This document shows positions 13,787 to 25,325 of a stretch of DNA of 64,000 bases, piece by piece (position 1 is the stretch's first letter; the number at the start of each line of letters is the position of its first letter). Made by a program: the position numbers and the translations under genes. The stretch is from Octopus sinensis (lineage: Eukaryota), in the NCBI RefSeq assembly GCF_006345805.1, contig NC_043012.1:27714001-27778000 (forward strand). The letters run 5' to 3'. A model generated the notes under the pieces. That model made no database searches, was not told the DNA's origin, and saw nothing but the letters and a program-made list of their open reading frames with translations.

Positions 13787-15588
13787 TGGCGATGAGTTGT
13801 TTGAAGCTTGCATTGGACATTTTGAATTTTATTGTTTTGGTACAAAACCAAAAAAAAAAAATGTTTAACATGGAGAACTTATTGGTCCCCATGGTGCAGT
13901 TGCAACAGCAGCAGCTGCTGCAACAACAAGAAAAAGGCCAACAGTTGCTGGAATTAATGTTGAAGAAGTCGGAAAATAATGCAGCTCCTCCCTCACCACA
14001 CAGCATAGCAAATTCAATTGAAGAATTCAGCTATAAACCAGAAGAACAGATTATCTTCTCTGCATATTTTTGAAGATTCGAAGAAATCTTCAAAGAAGAA
14101 TGTAAAAATTGGATGGACAGAAAAAAAGTATACTACAGCCAAATCGTAAAAGAGGTTCTAGTGATTATTTTTGCTATAAAAAAATTTCACAGATTTTTAC
14201 TTGGTAAAAATTTTCAACTGCAGACTGATCATCGTCTGTTATTGTTAATGTGTGGCAGAAAGAAATCCTTACCCATACTGTTTATAGTTTGCAATGCTAG
14301 AGTACTATATTATTAAACTATGGTATTAATATGGAGTATATGCCACCCAGGAAATTAGGACATGTTGATTATTTATCAAGACTGATTTCAGAAAATGCTG
14401 AACCATTTGAAGATACTGTGATTGCTGAAACAGAAAATGAGATTTAAAATGTTCTGTGAGATCGTTAATGAGAAGTTATGTATATTGACCAACAATGGAC
14501 TGTGACATTGCAGAATTGATGAATGACTGCAGAGGGTATGCTTTAGCTGCAAAAGCACCTGCCACTAAATGGCAACTGTGACCAAAAACAGATATTCCAT
14601 GGTCCAGATTGCATGTTGATTATGCAGGTCCACTTAAGGTTTCATATTACCTTATTGTGGACAGTTTTTCAAAGTGGCTAGAAATGTATAAATGTAAAAA
14701 GCCAACATCAGTGGTTACAGCAAGCTTTTTACATGAATTTTTTACCAGATATGGTATTCCAGACATCATTGTGTTTGATACTGGAACTCAATTTATGTCG
14801 GACAAGTTCACAAAATTTTGTAAAATGTTTGTCACGGAACATGTCACCACTCTGCTGTATCATCCAAGGTCGAATGGACAAACAGAGCAATTTTTTGAAA
14901 CTTTCAAGAGGGCATTGAAAAAGGCAAACAAGTGATGGATGATTTTGCACTTCAATAATTTCTAAGAGTATACTGAGTAACACCTATTTCAAATACACGA
15001 TGGGGAATGTCACCTGTGGAATTGATGTTAGCGAGAAAGATCAGATCTGTTTTTGATAAGCTGATAAGTTTGAAAATTGGTAAGTGAAAATATCAAAAAG
15101 CAAATTACAAAAATATTTCAGAATTCTTCATCTGGAATGTCACCCACAAATTGATGTTTGCTAGAAAGATCAGATCTGTTTTCGATAAGCTGATACTGAG
15201 TGAAAAAGCAGAAAAAAGCAAACAACAAAAATACTTCAAAATTCTTCAAGTTAGGTGACAAATTTTTTCAAGACCTATAGATATGGTAAAGATAGCTCTG
15301 AGGACAGTGTTATAATTAAACAAATTGGAAGAGTGTTATTCCTGGTAAAAGTAAAAAATGTCGAACATAAAAGACATATTAACTTTCTTACGAAAAAATT
15401 CAAGGAAAAACAGTCACAAGAAATGAAATCCCCATGGAAGTATTGTTTGACACACTTGAGGTACCAACACCCAAACAATTTGGAACTACATGTTCTAGCA
15501 CCAGAAAACAGAAAAGAATGGAAACAGTGGAATTGAACCCTAAAAGTAAGAAACTCTGGGTGGAATTTAATTCTCAAAAGGGGAGAAG
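13787..15588 (+). mobile_element. Gypsy/Ty3 (K02A2.6-like) LTR-retrotransposon internal remnant, copy 1
   Basis: PBS-like TGGCGATGAG (13787). gag IANSIEEFSYKPEE...F.RFEEIF. RNase H YSQIVKEVL..FAIKKFHRFL..QTDH. Integrase PWSRLHVDYAGP...DTGTQF...YHPRSNGQTE. PPT-like AAAAGGGGAGAAG (15576-88). LTRs not confidently identified. Confidence 0.85.
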
Positions 15589-16264
15589 TTAAGAGAGACT
15601 AAAAAGATGTTATGCGAGCATAAACAGAGGAAAAAAGACTGTTGAGTTTTCCCATAGAAGAGTTAAGTCAAAACTGAATTTGGTCAATAAGATGTTTCTG
15701 AATGTGCATATGTAAGTTTGACTGAGGAATTCTAGAGAAACAAAGTACGGAACACCAATTATGTCATAATCAAAAGAAACAAAATTGACTATTTTACGCT
15801 CATTCACCTAATCTTCTATATAGGAATGTGGAAAGGTATAAGTAATGATAAAAAAATGGTAACTCTGAATACGACTTCAATTTATCATTAAACTTTTACA
15901 TATTTTGCAGAAAGATAGTTTTAAAAATTTTGTTGTCTATGGAAAGTCATTATGCCAATATAAGGTTTTTAAATATTTTTTTTTTTTGTTTTTGTTTGAT
16001 TATTGTCTGTTTCAAGTTTACAGTACATATTTTTCATTACTGTATTGTTATCTGGATAAAATGCTTTTGTAAAATTACTCTGTTTTACATCCAAGTGTTC
16101 ATTTTCTTCCCAATAGGTTGCTCTTCACAAATTTGTACGATTAGCTGGAGATCTGTTGCCTTCTTCTCTGTATGTGCCTTATATCAAAATGTTAACAGGT
16201 CTGGCAAATAGCCCTCAGTGTGCTTGGCACTGCTATAATCTTTTGAAAATGAACAGCATGAACT

Positions 16265-17560
16265 CTGGTAAGCATCATCATTCTCATTTAATGTCTGTTT
16301 TCTATGTTGGTATAAGTTGGATGGTTTAACAGGATCTGGTGAGCTGTAAGGGCATGTCAAGCTCCAGTATCAGTTTTGGCATGGTGTCTGTGGTTAGATA
16401 CCTTTCTTAACATCAATCACTTTACAGAGTGTACTGGGTACTTTATTTGTATCACTGGTACTAATGAAGTTGCTGTGTGAACTTGCAAGATAGAAAAAGA
16501 ACTTTACTTTGATTCCACGACACCTTGTGTGTCCATAGTTTGCGCTAGGCACACCTTATGGAATTCCTGCTTACACCTTTCCTTCATATCAAACAGGACC
16601 ATTTACTAGAAGGGTGTAGGTCATATCTGTTTCATGATTAGAAGAACTTTGATCTTTGGGAAGTTAACTTTGAGGCTCTTTGATTCCTGGTTTTGTTTCT
16701 TCCTATTAATAGAAATTATTTTCTCATTCTGTTACAGATTCTGCTATATGAGCAGAATCATCAGCATATGGTAGTTCCCAGGGACAATCAGTCTTCAGTT
16801 TTCCTGTTATAGCCTGGAGAGGATTGAGGACCTAGCTGTAGTGAACACCTTCCTGTACACTAAATTTGTCACTGTACTCATAGCTAACTCTCTCTCTACT
16901 GACAACACTCTTGTACATGGCTTGTACAGCTTTCACGAGTCATTTGTTTACCTCCAGTTTCCTCAGAGATCAGCATATCACAGAGTGAAGGACTCTGTTG
17001 AAGGCTTTCTTCAGGTCAGTGCATGTCAAATACAATGTTTTACTCTTAGTTAAATATTTCTGCAGTTGTCTCAGAAGATAGTATCAGTAGTACTTTAACC
17101 TGGTTCAAAATCAAATTACATCTCATCTAGTCTAATTCTGTATTTAGTTAATTGAGCTTTGGTTCTTTCCCTAACCTTCTTGATCTGCTTCAGCAATGTG
17201 TGATACCTCTGTGATTCTATTTAAGACTTTGATACTTCTGTGATTCTATCTAAGGCTTCCCCTTTACCTTTGTAATAGCTGACTATAATCCTGCTACACC
17301 AGTCATTAGGTATGGCACCTTCCTGAATAACCTGATAACCTATACAGGTGACAAGACCATACACTGCACCACCAAATATTTTAAGCATCTCAGCACTTTA
17401 TCTATCATATTGATGTCAACTAGGTTTGCTGGTCTCTCTGTTGGGTTTACATTAGGAAGTCTTTTCTCTCATACATTCCCGCATTTAATAACCTTTCATA
17501 GTCGTACTTCCACATGGCTTTTCTTTTCAGAGTCTCTAGGTGCAAACTGCCACTCTCTAT
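16265..17560 (-). mobile_element. Old RTE LINE remnant
   Basis: Begins with catcatcatt..tttaatgtctg (RTE tail, reverse). Internal gagggattgaggacc / ccagggacaatcagtc segments correspond to RT motifs. Confidence 0.55.
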
Positions 17561-17626
17561 ATTTACACACTTCTCACTCACATGTTTCTCTTTAGTCCAC
17601 TCTCTTGCACACTAAAACATTTCTTA

Positions 17627-18902
17627 TGAGGGGCGTTCAATAAGTAATGCCCCTGACCCACTTCCCATAGCAGTAGAGCAACGAAACTTGGCACAGTTAT
17701 TAGTCTTTTTCTACATAGGAACCACCCAGAGTTACGCATTTCTCCCATCGTTTGATGCAGCTCTGGAGACCGTTTTTGTAGAAGAACCCAGCTTGGTCCT
17801 CCAACCTCAACGTGACTTCAGAAATCAAGGCTGCATCATCTGGGAAACGTTTTCCTTTCAAAAACAACTTCATGATTGGGAAGAGGTGAAAATCAGAGGG
17901 TGCAAGGTCAGGAAAGTAGGGGGATGGGGAGGAGTTCATAGCCATACGCCTGTGCTTCTGATCTGGCGACAAGCGAGTTGTGAACCGGAGCGTTGTCCTG
18001 CAGGAGGAGGATGCCATTGCTGATCTTGCCCCGCCTCTTGATTTTGATAACTTCTCTTAATTTCCTCAAAAGTGAAGCATAATAGGCTCCTGCAATTGTG
18101 GTACCCTTTGCCAGGAAATCTGTCATCACTACTCCGTCCTGGTCCCAGAAGACTGTGAGCATGACCTTGCCAGCGGAGGGCTGCACCCTTGCCTTCTTTG
18201 GAGGGGGTGAGTCACGGTGCTTCCACTGCATTGACTGGGCTTTGGTCTCTGGATCATCGTGATGGACCCAGGTTTCATCCTGTGTAATCAGTCTTTTGAA
18301 AAATTTTGACTCATCTTGGCACATCTCCAAATTCACCCTCGAGCACTCGACGCGTTCTTGCTTCTGGAAAGGTGTGAGCAACCTGGGAATCCATCTGGCA
18401 GACACCTTTTGCATATGCAAATGGTCATGAATGATAGTTTCCACAGACCTGGTACTAATCTTGACCTCATGGGCTATTTGGCGAATAGTTATGCGTCGCT
18501 CTTCCAAAATGGCAGCCTCAACTTGACGGACAGATGCCTCATCAATGGCAGAAGGGGGCGACCAGATCTGGGAGCTGTTTTCACAGAGTTCCAACCATAT
18601 TTGAATTCACGATGCCAGCGTTTTACAAGGGGCATCATCACCATAAGTTACTTTCATTTCATCAAAAGTCTCCCGTGGTGTGCGTCCTTTCAAATACAAA
18701 AACCGGATCACTGCTCGACACTCAACAGGCTCCATTTCACACTTGACTCGGTTCAAACACCTGTAAATCAGAAACCACAATTAATTCAGAGCTGTAATTT
18801 GCTACTTACTCTATAGAGATATAAATGATTGCACATGCAAAATTTCAGCTAGATCAAACAACTGCAAGTGAGTCAGAGGCATTACTTATTGAACGTCCCT
18901 CG
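17627..18902 (-). mobile_element. Full-length mariner transposon (D,D34D), 1276 bp
   Basis: TA TSDs at 17625-26 and 18903-04. About 37-bp imperfect TIR (C/T)GAGGG(G/A)CGTTCAATAAGTAATGCC(C/T)CTGAC(C/T)CACTT. Confidence 0.95.
17700..18735 (-). pseudogene. Mariner transposase, frameshifted
   Basis: Starts MEPVECRAVIRFLYLKG. Motifs WIPRLL, ITQDETW, LLQDNAPVH and SPYFPDLAPSDFHLF. At least three frameshifts. Confidence 0.9.
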
Positions 18903-18929
18903 TATGCGTACTTCTTTTTTTCTGCTTCT

Positions 18930-19660
18930 GCTCTTGCTAGATAAAGCTGTCACGCCTAGCTTCCTTTTTATCTGCTTGATGTCGTTCTCTGCTACCTCCC
19001 TTCTTCCACTCTTTCCAAAACTGTCTTGTCTATTTTATGGCCCTGCCTGCCTCACTGTCCCACGACCATACTACCCTGGTCTAGTTGGAGTTTTGCACCA
19101 GTCACAAATTTAGTCTGTTGTACTCAAGAGGTTATCATGTAAGAACTCCCAGTTGTCTTCTGTGTCATATGTCTATTTTAGTGCCATAAGATTTTAGTGT
19201 CTTAGTGCTTGAATGACTCACAGACATAAACTGACATGGAAAAGGAGGATACAGAAGCTTAAGGATACTTCAAACAGCCAGAAATTTAGAGATGGTCGAA
19301 TTGAAGCACTAATCTATGTTGAATTATATATTCTTCACCTGGGAAGGACTTTGCATTCACAAGCATCTGCCTATCACTGTTTCTGGTCAGAATGTAGTCA
19401 ATCTGGCAGGTGTGTCTACCTCACTGATAGATAATCAGATCGCTGACAAGTTCGTTGAAGTTAGTATTGCAGAGACCAGTGAGTCATTTGCATCACAAAA
19501 CTCTATCACCCTTGTTTCCTCATCATTTCTTATACCAAAGCTGTAACTTCCATGCATGCCATAAGATTAAATTTGGAGTGCTGCCCAATACAACTATTGA
19601 AGCCATCAGCCATGATCATGTTATTCTCTTTCATTGTTGAGGTAGTCTGCAAAAGAAGCT
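18930..19660 (-). mobile_element. Old RTE endonuclease-region fragment
   Basis: The minus strand reads QIDYILTRN...KSFPGEEYIIQHRLV, the RTE APE C-terminal motif. Confidence 0.55.
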
Positions 19661-20029
19661 CATAGAAATGGTCCTTTTTGTCCATCTGCTAGTTCACTGT
19701 GTTGTTAAATAAAAATAGCAATGAGTTACTTTGTTTTGAGAATATTTTTAATCCCTGGGTTATTCATCATGTTAAACACCTTCCATCTTAAAAAATATAG
19801 AAAATCAAATATTTGTCACTCCCTCTCCTGTTATTGGTCTATAATTGAATTAATCTGCTGTCCTTTTTAATTTCTTTTTTATTATGTGTTGCTACTATCA
19901 GGAGTAACTTGTACACTAGTGATATGCTATAATAACAGTAGTGGGTTATGTATTCAAGAATCTGAAGTTTGTTTTACTCTAACAGAGTTATCCATTTCTA
20001 TTTATATTTAAAATTACTGATGAAACCTT

Positions 20030-20800
20030 TAGTTGTAATATTATTATCAGTCCAAATATGTTTGAGGCACATTTGAACTGGAGAACAAGCTACTCACTGC
20101 ATTTTCTCAGGGAAAACATATTCTGTTTGTTGATAAATGTTGTGTATACACACATATCAGCTTGCAGCATCATCTACCCAAACCGTAAGATACAAGCATT
20201 TCTGAGTAGTTATCTCTTCTTTGGTCATGGACACCAGACAGGCGGCACTATGTTCCGATTGAAGAGACTGACTCTCTTATGCCTTTCCAGTTGCCATATG
20301 GTGATTGGCAGCACTGTGTAGCAGCACTGTGTAGCAGCTCAGAGGTGGAGCAGTCAGCAGTGATGAGTAAAATTGCAATGTTATTATCAGTCCAAATAGG
20401 CTTGAGGTACACTTGAATCAATGAACAAGCTACTCACTACATTTTGTCATGGAAAATATATCCCATTTGTTGACAAATGGTGTGTATACAGCACTGTCAG
20501 TCACCGTATAGCAACTGGAAAAGCATGAGTCAGTCTCTTCAATCAGCATGTAGCACTGCTTGCCTGGTGTCTGTGACTGAAGAGGAGATACTTACTCCAC
20601 AATACTTGCATCTCATGGTCTGGGTAGGTGGCACTACGAGTTGATATAGGTGTATACACACCATTTCTCAATAAAAGGGATATATTTTCCGTGACAAAAT
20701 GCAGGAAATAGCTTGTTCACCAGTTTGAATCTACCTCAACCATATTCGAACTGATAATAACATTACAATTTTATTTATCACTGCTTAGCACTCCCCCTCT
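20030..20800. repeat. Foldback/MITE-like compound inverted repeat
   Basis: Block X (ttattatcagtccaaat..acaagctactcact..tgtgtataca) occurs at about 20035, at 20380 and inverted at 20650-20770. Block Y occurs at about 20150-20320 and inverted at 20490-20650. Confidence 0.75.
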
Positions 20801-21093
20801 GTAAGTAACCTTTATCGAAATCAAAATAGAAGAAAAATTATCAAATTTAGTTAGAGATAAAACAAGTGGTTATTTGATAGTGAACCATCAAACATAGAAT
20901 GAACAAAATTATACAATAGAACAAATGTAGCTTTTCACACAGGAGATGTAAATATGCAGCCATAAAATAAACATAGTGTAATGAATCTGTCACAAACACA
21001 GAAGTATTACTGAGTCATATTACTATTAATTTGTTTCCAACTGTTGATATAAATTTGTCAATTTAACGAGTGTATTTCATTATCTGTTTATAG

Positions 21094-21278
21094 GAGGTTC
21101 TACACAAATGGTATCTTGGGATCACATTTTTCTTTCTCTGAATCAGTACTATGTAAGTCTTCGCCGTGAAGTTCCCTCTCAGACATTTGGTAGTTACCAT
21201 GCTCATGGTGGAATCACACCACAGGAACAAGAAGCTCTCATAGTTGTTTTACAACTTACTCAGCAAATTGCCAATCAG
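21094..21278 (+). CDS. NUP205: Nucleoporin Nup205, internal coding exon (phase 1 to 0)
   Basis: TAG acceptor at 21091-93 and GT donor at 21279. Translates GGSTQMVSWDHIFLSLNQYYVSLRREVPSQ...GITPQEQEALIVVLQLTQQIANQ, matching the recalled vertebrate NUP205 segment GGSPVSWEHFFHSL...GITQKEQDGLIAFLQL. Confidence 0.9.
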
Positions 21279-22411
21279 GTAAAAAATATTTTGTTTTATA
21301 CCTTTGGAATTTTTGTATTTCAAAATTTTTATTTTGGATAGTATTTTTGCCTCCTTTTCTCCACACATTTCATAAGAAGTTTTTGAAAGTAGCTAATGCA
21401 ATAAGTATGTGACTCATACTGTAGTACTTAATTAGCTTTTAAAATCATTAAAAATTTTCTTAGTCAAAAGATCTGTCTTTGTATTGATTGAATAGAAAAT
21501 GTCTAAAATTGAGTTTGTTTATTCAAATGCTTATAATGCTTTCAGTATTGGTAGGATTATTGTGAAAATTAGTAGTTTTGTGTAAAAAATAAAATAAAAT
21601 TGTCTTTTAATCTAAGTAGTTATTTGTGCTTAAAAAAATATTGTGATCATGTGGTTGTTCACTCAATGTCCTGTTCTGCAACTAACTGCAAGACCTGACC
21701 CACACATAAGTGCAGTTCCAATTGTTATTGTGATAGGCCATAAAGCAGGATCTAAGTACTTTTTTGAGTGATAAAGTTTAGCTTCATTTTAGAACAAACA
21801 TCATATGAAAAGGTTTTCTGTTTGCAATATGGAAATTTCTTTATCCAGCAAACTTTACATATTTTTCCTTGTCTTCATTTTCAAGCATTGTGACAGGTAT
21901 ATTCCAAACAGTGAGTTAAAATTCAGAGATATTATTTATTAATGATTTATTTTATTATTATTTATTAATGGTGTAATTAGATAAGAGAGCTTGTACTTTG
22001 AGGAAATAGTCATAGAGATATTACAGTGACATCTGTATGCAAGAGTTATCAGGTTTTATTGATTCTGAGCAAGATTGAAATGATCATCTATTTCATCATT
22101 ACTTTGGTGCTTTCATTAGTGATATGGGCCTGATAAAACTATTGAGCTTACAAGTAAAGTCTGTTGAGTATTTTCTGCATCAAGGTGACACCTTCCTTAC
22201 ATTAATGGAAGGGATAAATGGATTTTCTACTGAAAATCATTTTCAATGTACACCAAATGTCATTACTTCATATTAGCAACTTTTATCCAAACTCATAATT
22301 ATATTTTTGTGATTTTTATACTAGACTAACTGTATTTCATCAAAAATTCTAGTTTTTACCAGTACTTGGAGATGTATATAGAGAAAACATTACAAAAATT
22401 TAAGAGTCTAT

Positions 22412-22725
22412 AGGTGCAGGAGTGGCTGTGTGGTAAATAGCTTGCTTAACAACCATATGGTTCCGGGTTCAGTCTCACTGTGTGGCACCTTGGGCAAGTG
22501 TATATATATGTGTGTGTTTGTCCCCCCAACATCACTTAACAACTGATGCTGGTGTGTTTACGTCCCTGTAACTTAGCGGTTCGGCAAAAGAGACCGATAG
22601 AATAAGTACTTGGGGCTTACAAAGAATAAGTTCCAGGGTCAGTTTGCTCGAATAAAGGCGGTGCTCCAGCATGGCCACAGTCTAATGACTGAAACAAATA
22701 AAAGAGTAAAAAAGAGAGTAAAGAG
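22412..22725 (+). mobile_element. tRNA-derived SINE with CR1-like 3' end
   Basis: A-box tggctgtgtggt and B-box ggttcagtc. 3' end ggcggtgctccagcatggccacagtctaatgactgaaac followed by an A-rich tail. Confidence 0.85.
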
Positions 22726-22782
22726 TTAATTAATAGCATAATTATAACCAAAAACTGATACACTGTTTGGTAAAAAATTTAT

Positions 22783-23048
22783 CCCCTTTGTTACTATATT
22801 TCTAAGCAAAAAACGTGTTCTGTATGCTTCAATTAAATTCTAAAATAATTATGAATTCAGATGGGTTTCATAAAACAACTTCTTTTATTTATGAACATGT
22901 TAATGTAATATTTTATCAAAAGGTTCTTGACTAAATGTATTACCTAATTTTTGTTGCAAAGTGACTTTAATTGCAGGTAAATTCAAATAGATATAAAATA
23001 ATTCAAAATTTTTTTCAGCATCACCATAGAAAGTAAGTTATTAGGTAA
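22783..23048 (-). mobile_element. piggyBac right-end fragment
   Basis: cccctttgttactatatttct... is a diverged copy of the 9628 and 12465 termini. Confidence 0.7.
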
Positions 23049-24450
23049 TATGAAGGCAGTGGTTCATGCCTCACGATCTCTGATAGCAGCAGAGAAATAT
23101 TATTGTCAAATTGATGAAGAAGCTCTAGCAATTATTATTGCCATGAAAAAATTTCACAGATTTTAACTCAGTAGAAGTTTTTGACCACAGACTGATCACC
23201 CTCCATTTTGGTTGAAAAAAAGAATTCCTACCCATACCACTTATAGGTTACAACACTGGGGTATGATATTATTAAACTATGATTTCAAGATGGAGTATAT
23301 ACCATCCAAGAAACTAGGACATGCAAATTGTCTATCGAGACTGATTTCGAAAAATGTGGAAGCATTTGAAGATACCGTGATTGCTGCTTTGTGAGCAGAA
23401 AATGAAATTAAAAAGGTTTTGTATAATGTCATTCATGAATGGTCTTATTTTACAATTAGGGAAAATTGGAAAACGATAAATTTCTCATAAAAATGAAAGA
23501 AATGCTGATGGCTAAAAGAGATAAAAATATATGCAACACAAATGCGAACCATTTCTCACTGTGTGACAATGTGTTAATGTATGCAGAAATAGTCGTAGTG
23601 CCAACCACACTACAAACGCGATTATTGAAAGAATTTCATACAGGTTACCCAGATTGCATGTTGATTATGCAGGTCCACTTAAGGTTTCATATTACCTTAT
23701 TGTGGACAGTTTTTCAAAGTGGCTAGAAATGTATAAATGTAAAAAGCCAACATCAGTGATTACAGCAAGCTTTTTACATGAATTTTTCACCAGATATGGT
23801 ATTCCAGACACCATTGTGTTTGATACTGGAACTCAATTTATGTCGGACAAGTTCACAAAATTTTGTAAAATGTTTGTCACGGAACATGTCACCACTCTGC
23901 TGTATCATCCAAGGTTGAATGGACAAACAGAGCAATTTTTTGAAACTTTCAAGAGGGCATTGAAAAAGGCAAACAAGTGATGGATGATTTTGCACTTCAA
24001 CAATTTCTAAGAGTATACTGAGTAACACCTATTTCAAATACACGATGGGGAATGTCACCTGCGGAATTGATGTTAGCGAGAAAGATCAGATCTGATAAGT
24101 TTGAAAATTGGTAAGTGAAAATATTAAAAAGCAAACTACAAAAATATTTCAGAATTCTTCAAGTTATGTGAAAAAATGTTTTTTGAAAACCTATAGATAT
24201 GGTAGAGATAGGGGGAGGACAGTGTAATAATTAAACAAATTGGAAGAATGTTATTTCTGATAAAAGGAAAAAAATGTCCAATACAAAAGACATATGAACC
24301 AGCTTAAGAAAAGATTCACGGAAAAAACAGTCACAAGGAATGAAATCTCTATGGAAGTATTGTATGACACACTTGAGGTACCAGCACCCAAACAATTTGA
24401 AGCTACATGTTCTAGCACCAGAAAAGAACAGAAACAGTGGAATTGAACAT
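23049..24450 (+). mobile_element. Gypsy internal remnant, copy 2 (RNase H to integrase)
   Basis: KAVVHASRSLIAAEKYYCQIDEEALAII, RLQHWGMILLNYDFKMEY, HTGYP, and an integrase core nearly identical to copy 1. Confidence 0.85.
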
Positions 24451-24454
24451 CGAT

Positions 24455-25281
24455 GTATCAAGTGCTGAAGGAGGGTCTCAGGAGCCACCTCTACAAGATG
24501 ATCTGCCGTCTTGAGCTCACGCAAGTTTATAAAACCATGAAACTGGAGGGAAGTTGACTTATCCTGCATCAGATTGCTAAAGGCATGTTGCCCAACCTGG
24601 TGTTCACTGATGAAAAGAAATTTGATATCGAACAGACAGTAAGCCACCAGTATGATTGACTTTGGAGTGTATCTGGCTCCATCAATGGTAAACTTGTAAA
24701 TCGACATCAAAATCCACAGTCAGTTATGGTTTGGGCAGCTGTGATAGCCATTGGAAGGTCTCCCCCACTTCTTGTGCCATCAGGTGTTAAGATAAGCACC
24801 TAGCAATACATTAGTGACTTCATGGAAACTGAACTGCTTCCCTGGATGAATGAGCACTTTCAAGGTGCACCTTGGAGCCTCCAACAAAACCCAGCTCCAA
24901 ACAGACACAACACTGTATTCAGAAAAATATTCCATTGTTCATAACCAAGGGCATAAGGCCCGCAAGAAGCCCCAATCTCAACCCGTTGGAATTTTCTCTT
25001 TGGTCCATTTTGGAGATGAGTGTTTCAAGCACCCCTCATGCCTTGCTTGATGCTCTGAAGGCAGAACCGCACCAAAAATGGGCTTCAATTCTGCAAGAAC
25101 AGCTGTGTCAGGTATGAAGCATTTGAACCTAGACTTAAAGCTTTGATTCGAAACAGAAGTGGTAGTATCGTAATTGTGTTTCCTTTACCATTACATTGCA
25201 ACAAACAGACCCGAAATATAACAATAATTTTGCTTTGGTAAAATTGTAAAAATTTGGTTACCTTAATTTTGGGACACCCTG
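24455..25281 (+). mobile_element. Tc1/mariner DD37D (maT-like) 3' remnant
   Basis: Motifs VFTDEKKFDIEQ, SVMVWAAV and SPNLNPLEFSLWSILE. The right TIR ends gggacaccctg. Confidence 0.75.
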
Positions 25282-25325
25282 TGTTTATATCTATAATATA
25301 TAAATCCCATTCTGTTTGTGTGTGT

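Noticed and set aside
15589-15900. Gypsy 3' LTR
   Set aside because: It follows a PPT-like tract, but no matching 5' LTR or TG...CA ends could be found.
18316-18816. 166-aa + strand ORF (also 35321-35746, 32902-33273, 24231-24710, 30459-30845)
   Set aside because: Antisense shadows of transposase, LINE or Gypsy coding regions, with no independent motif.
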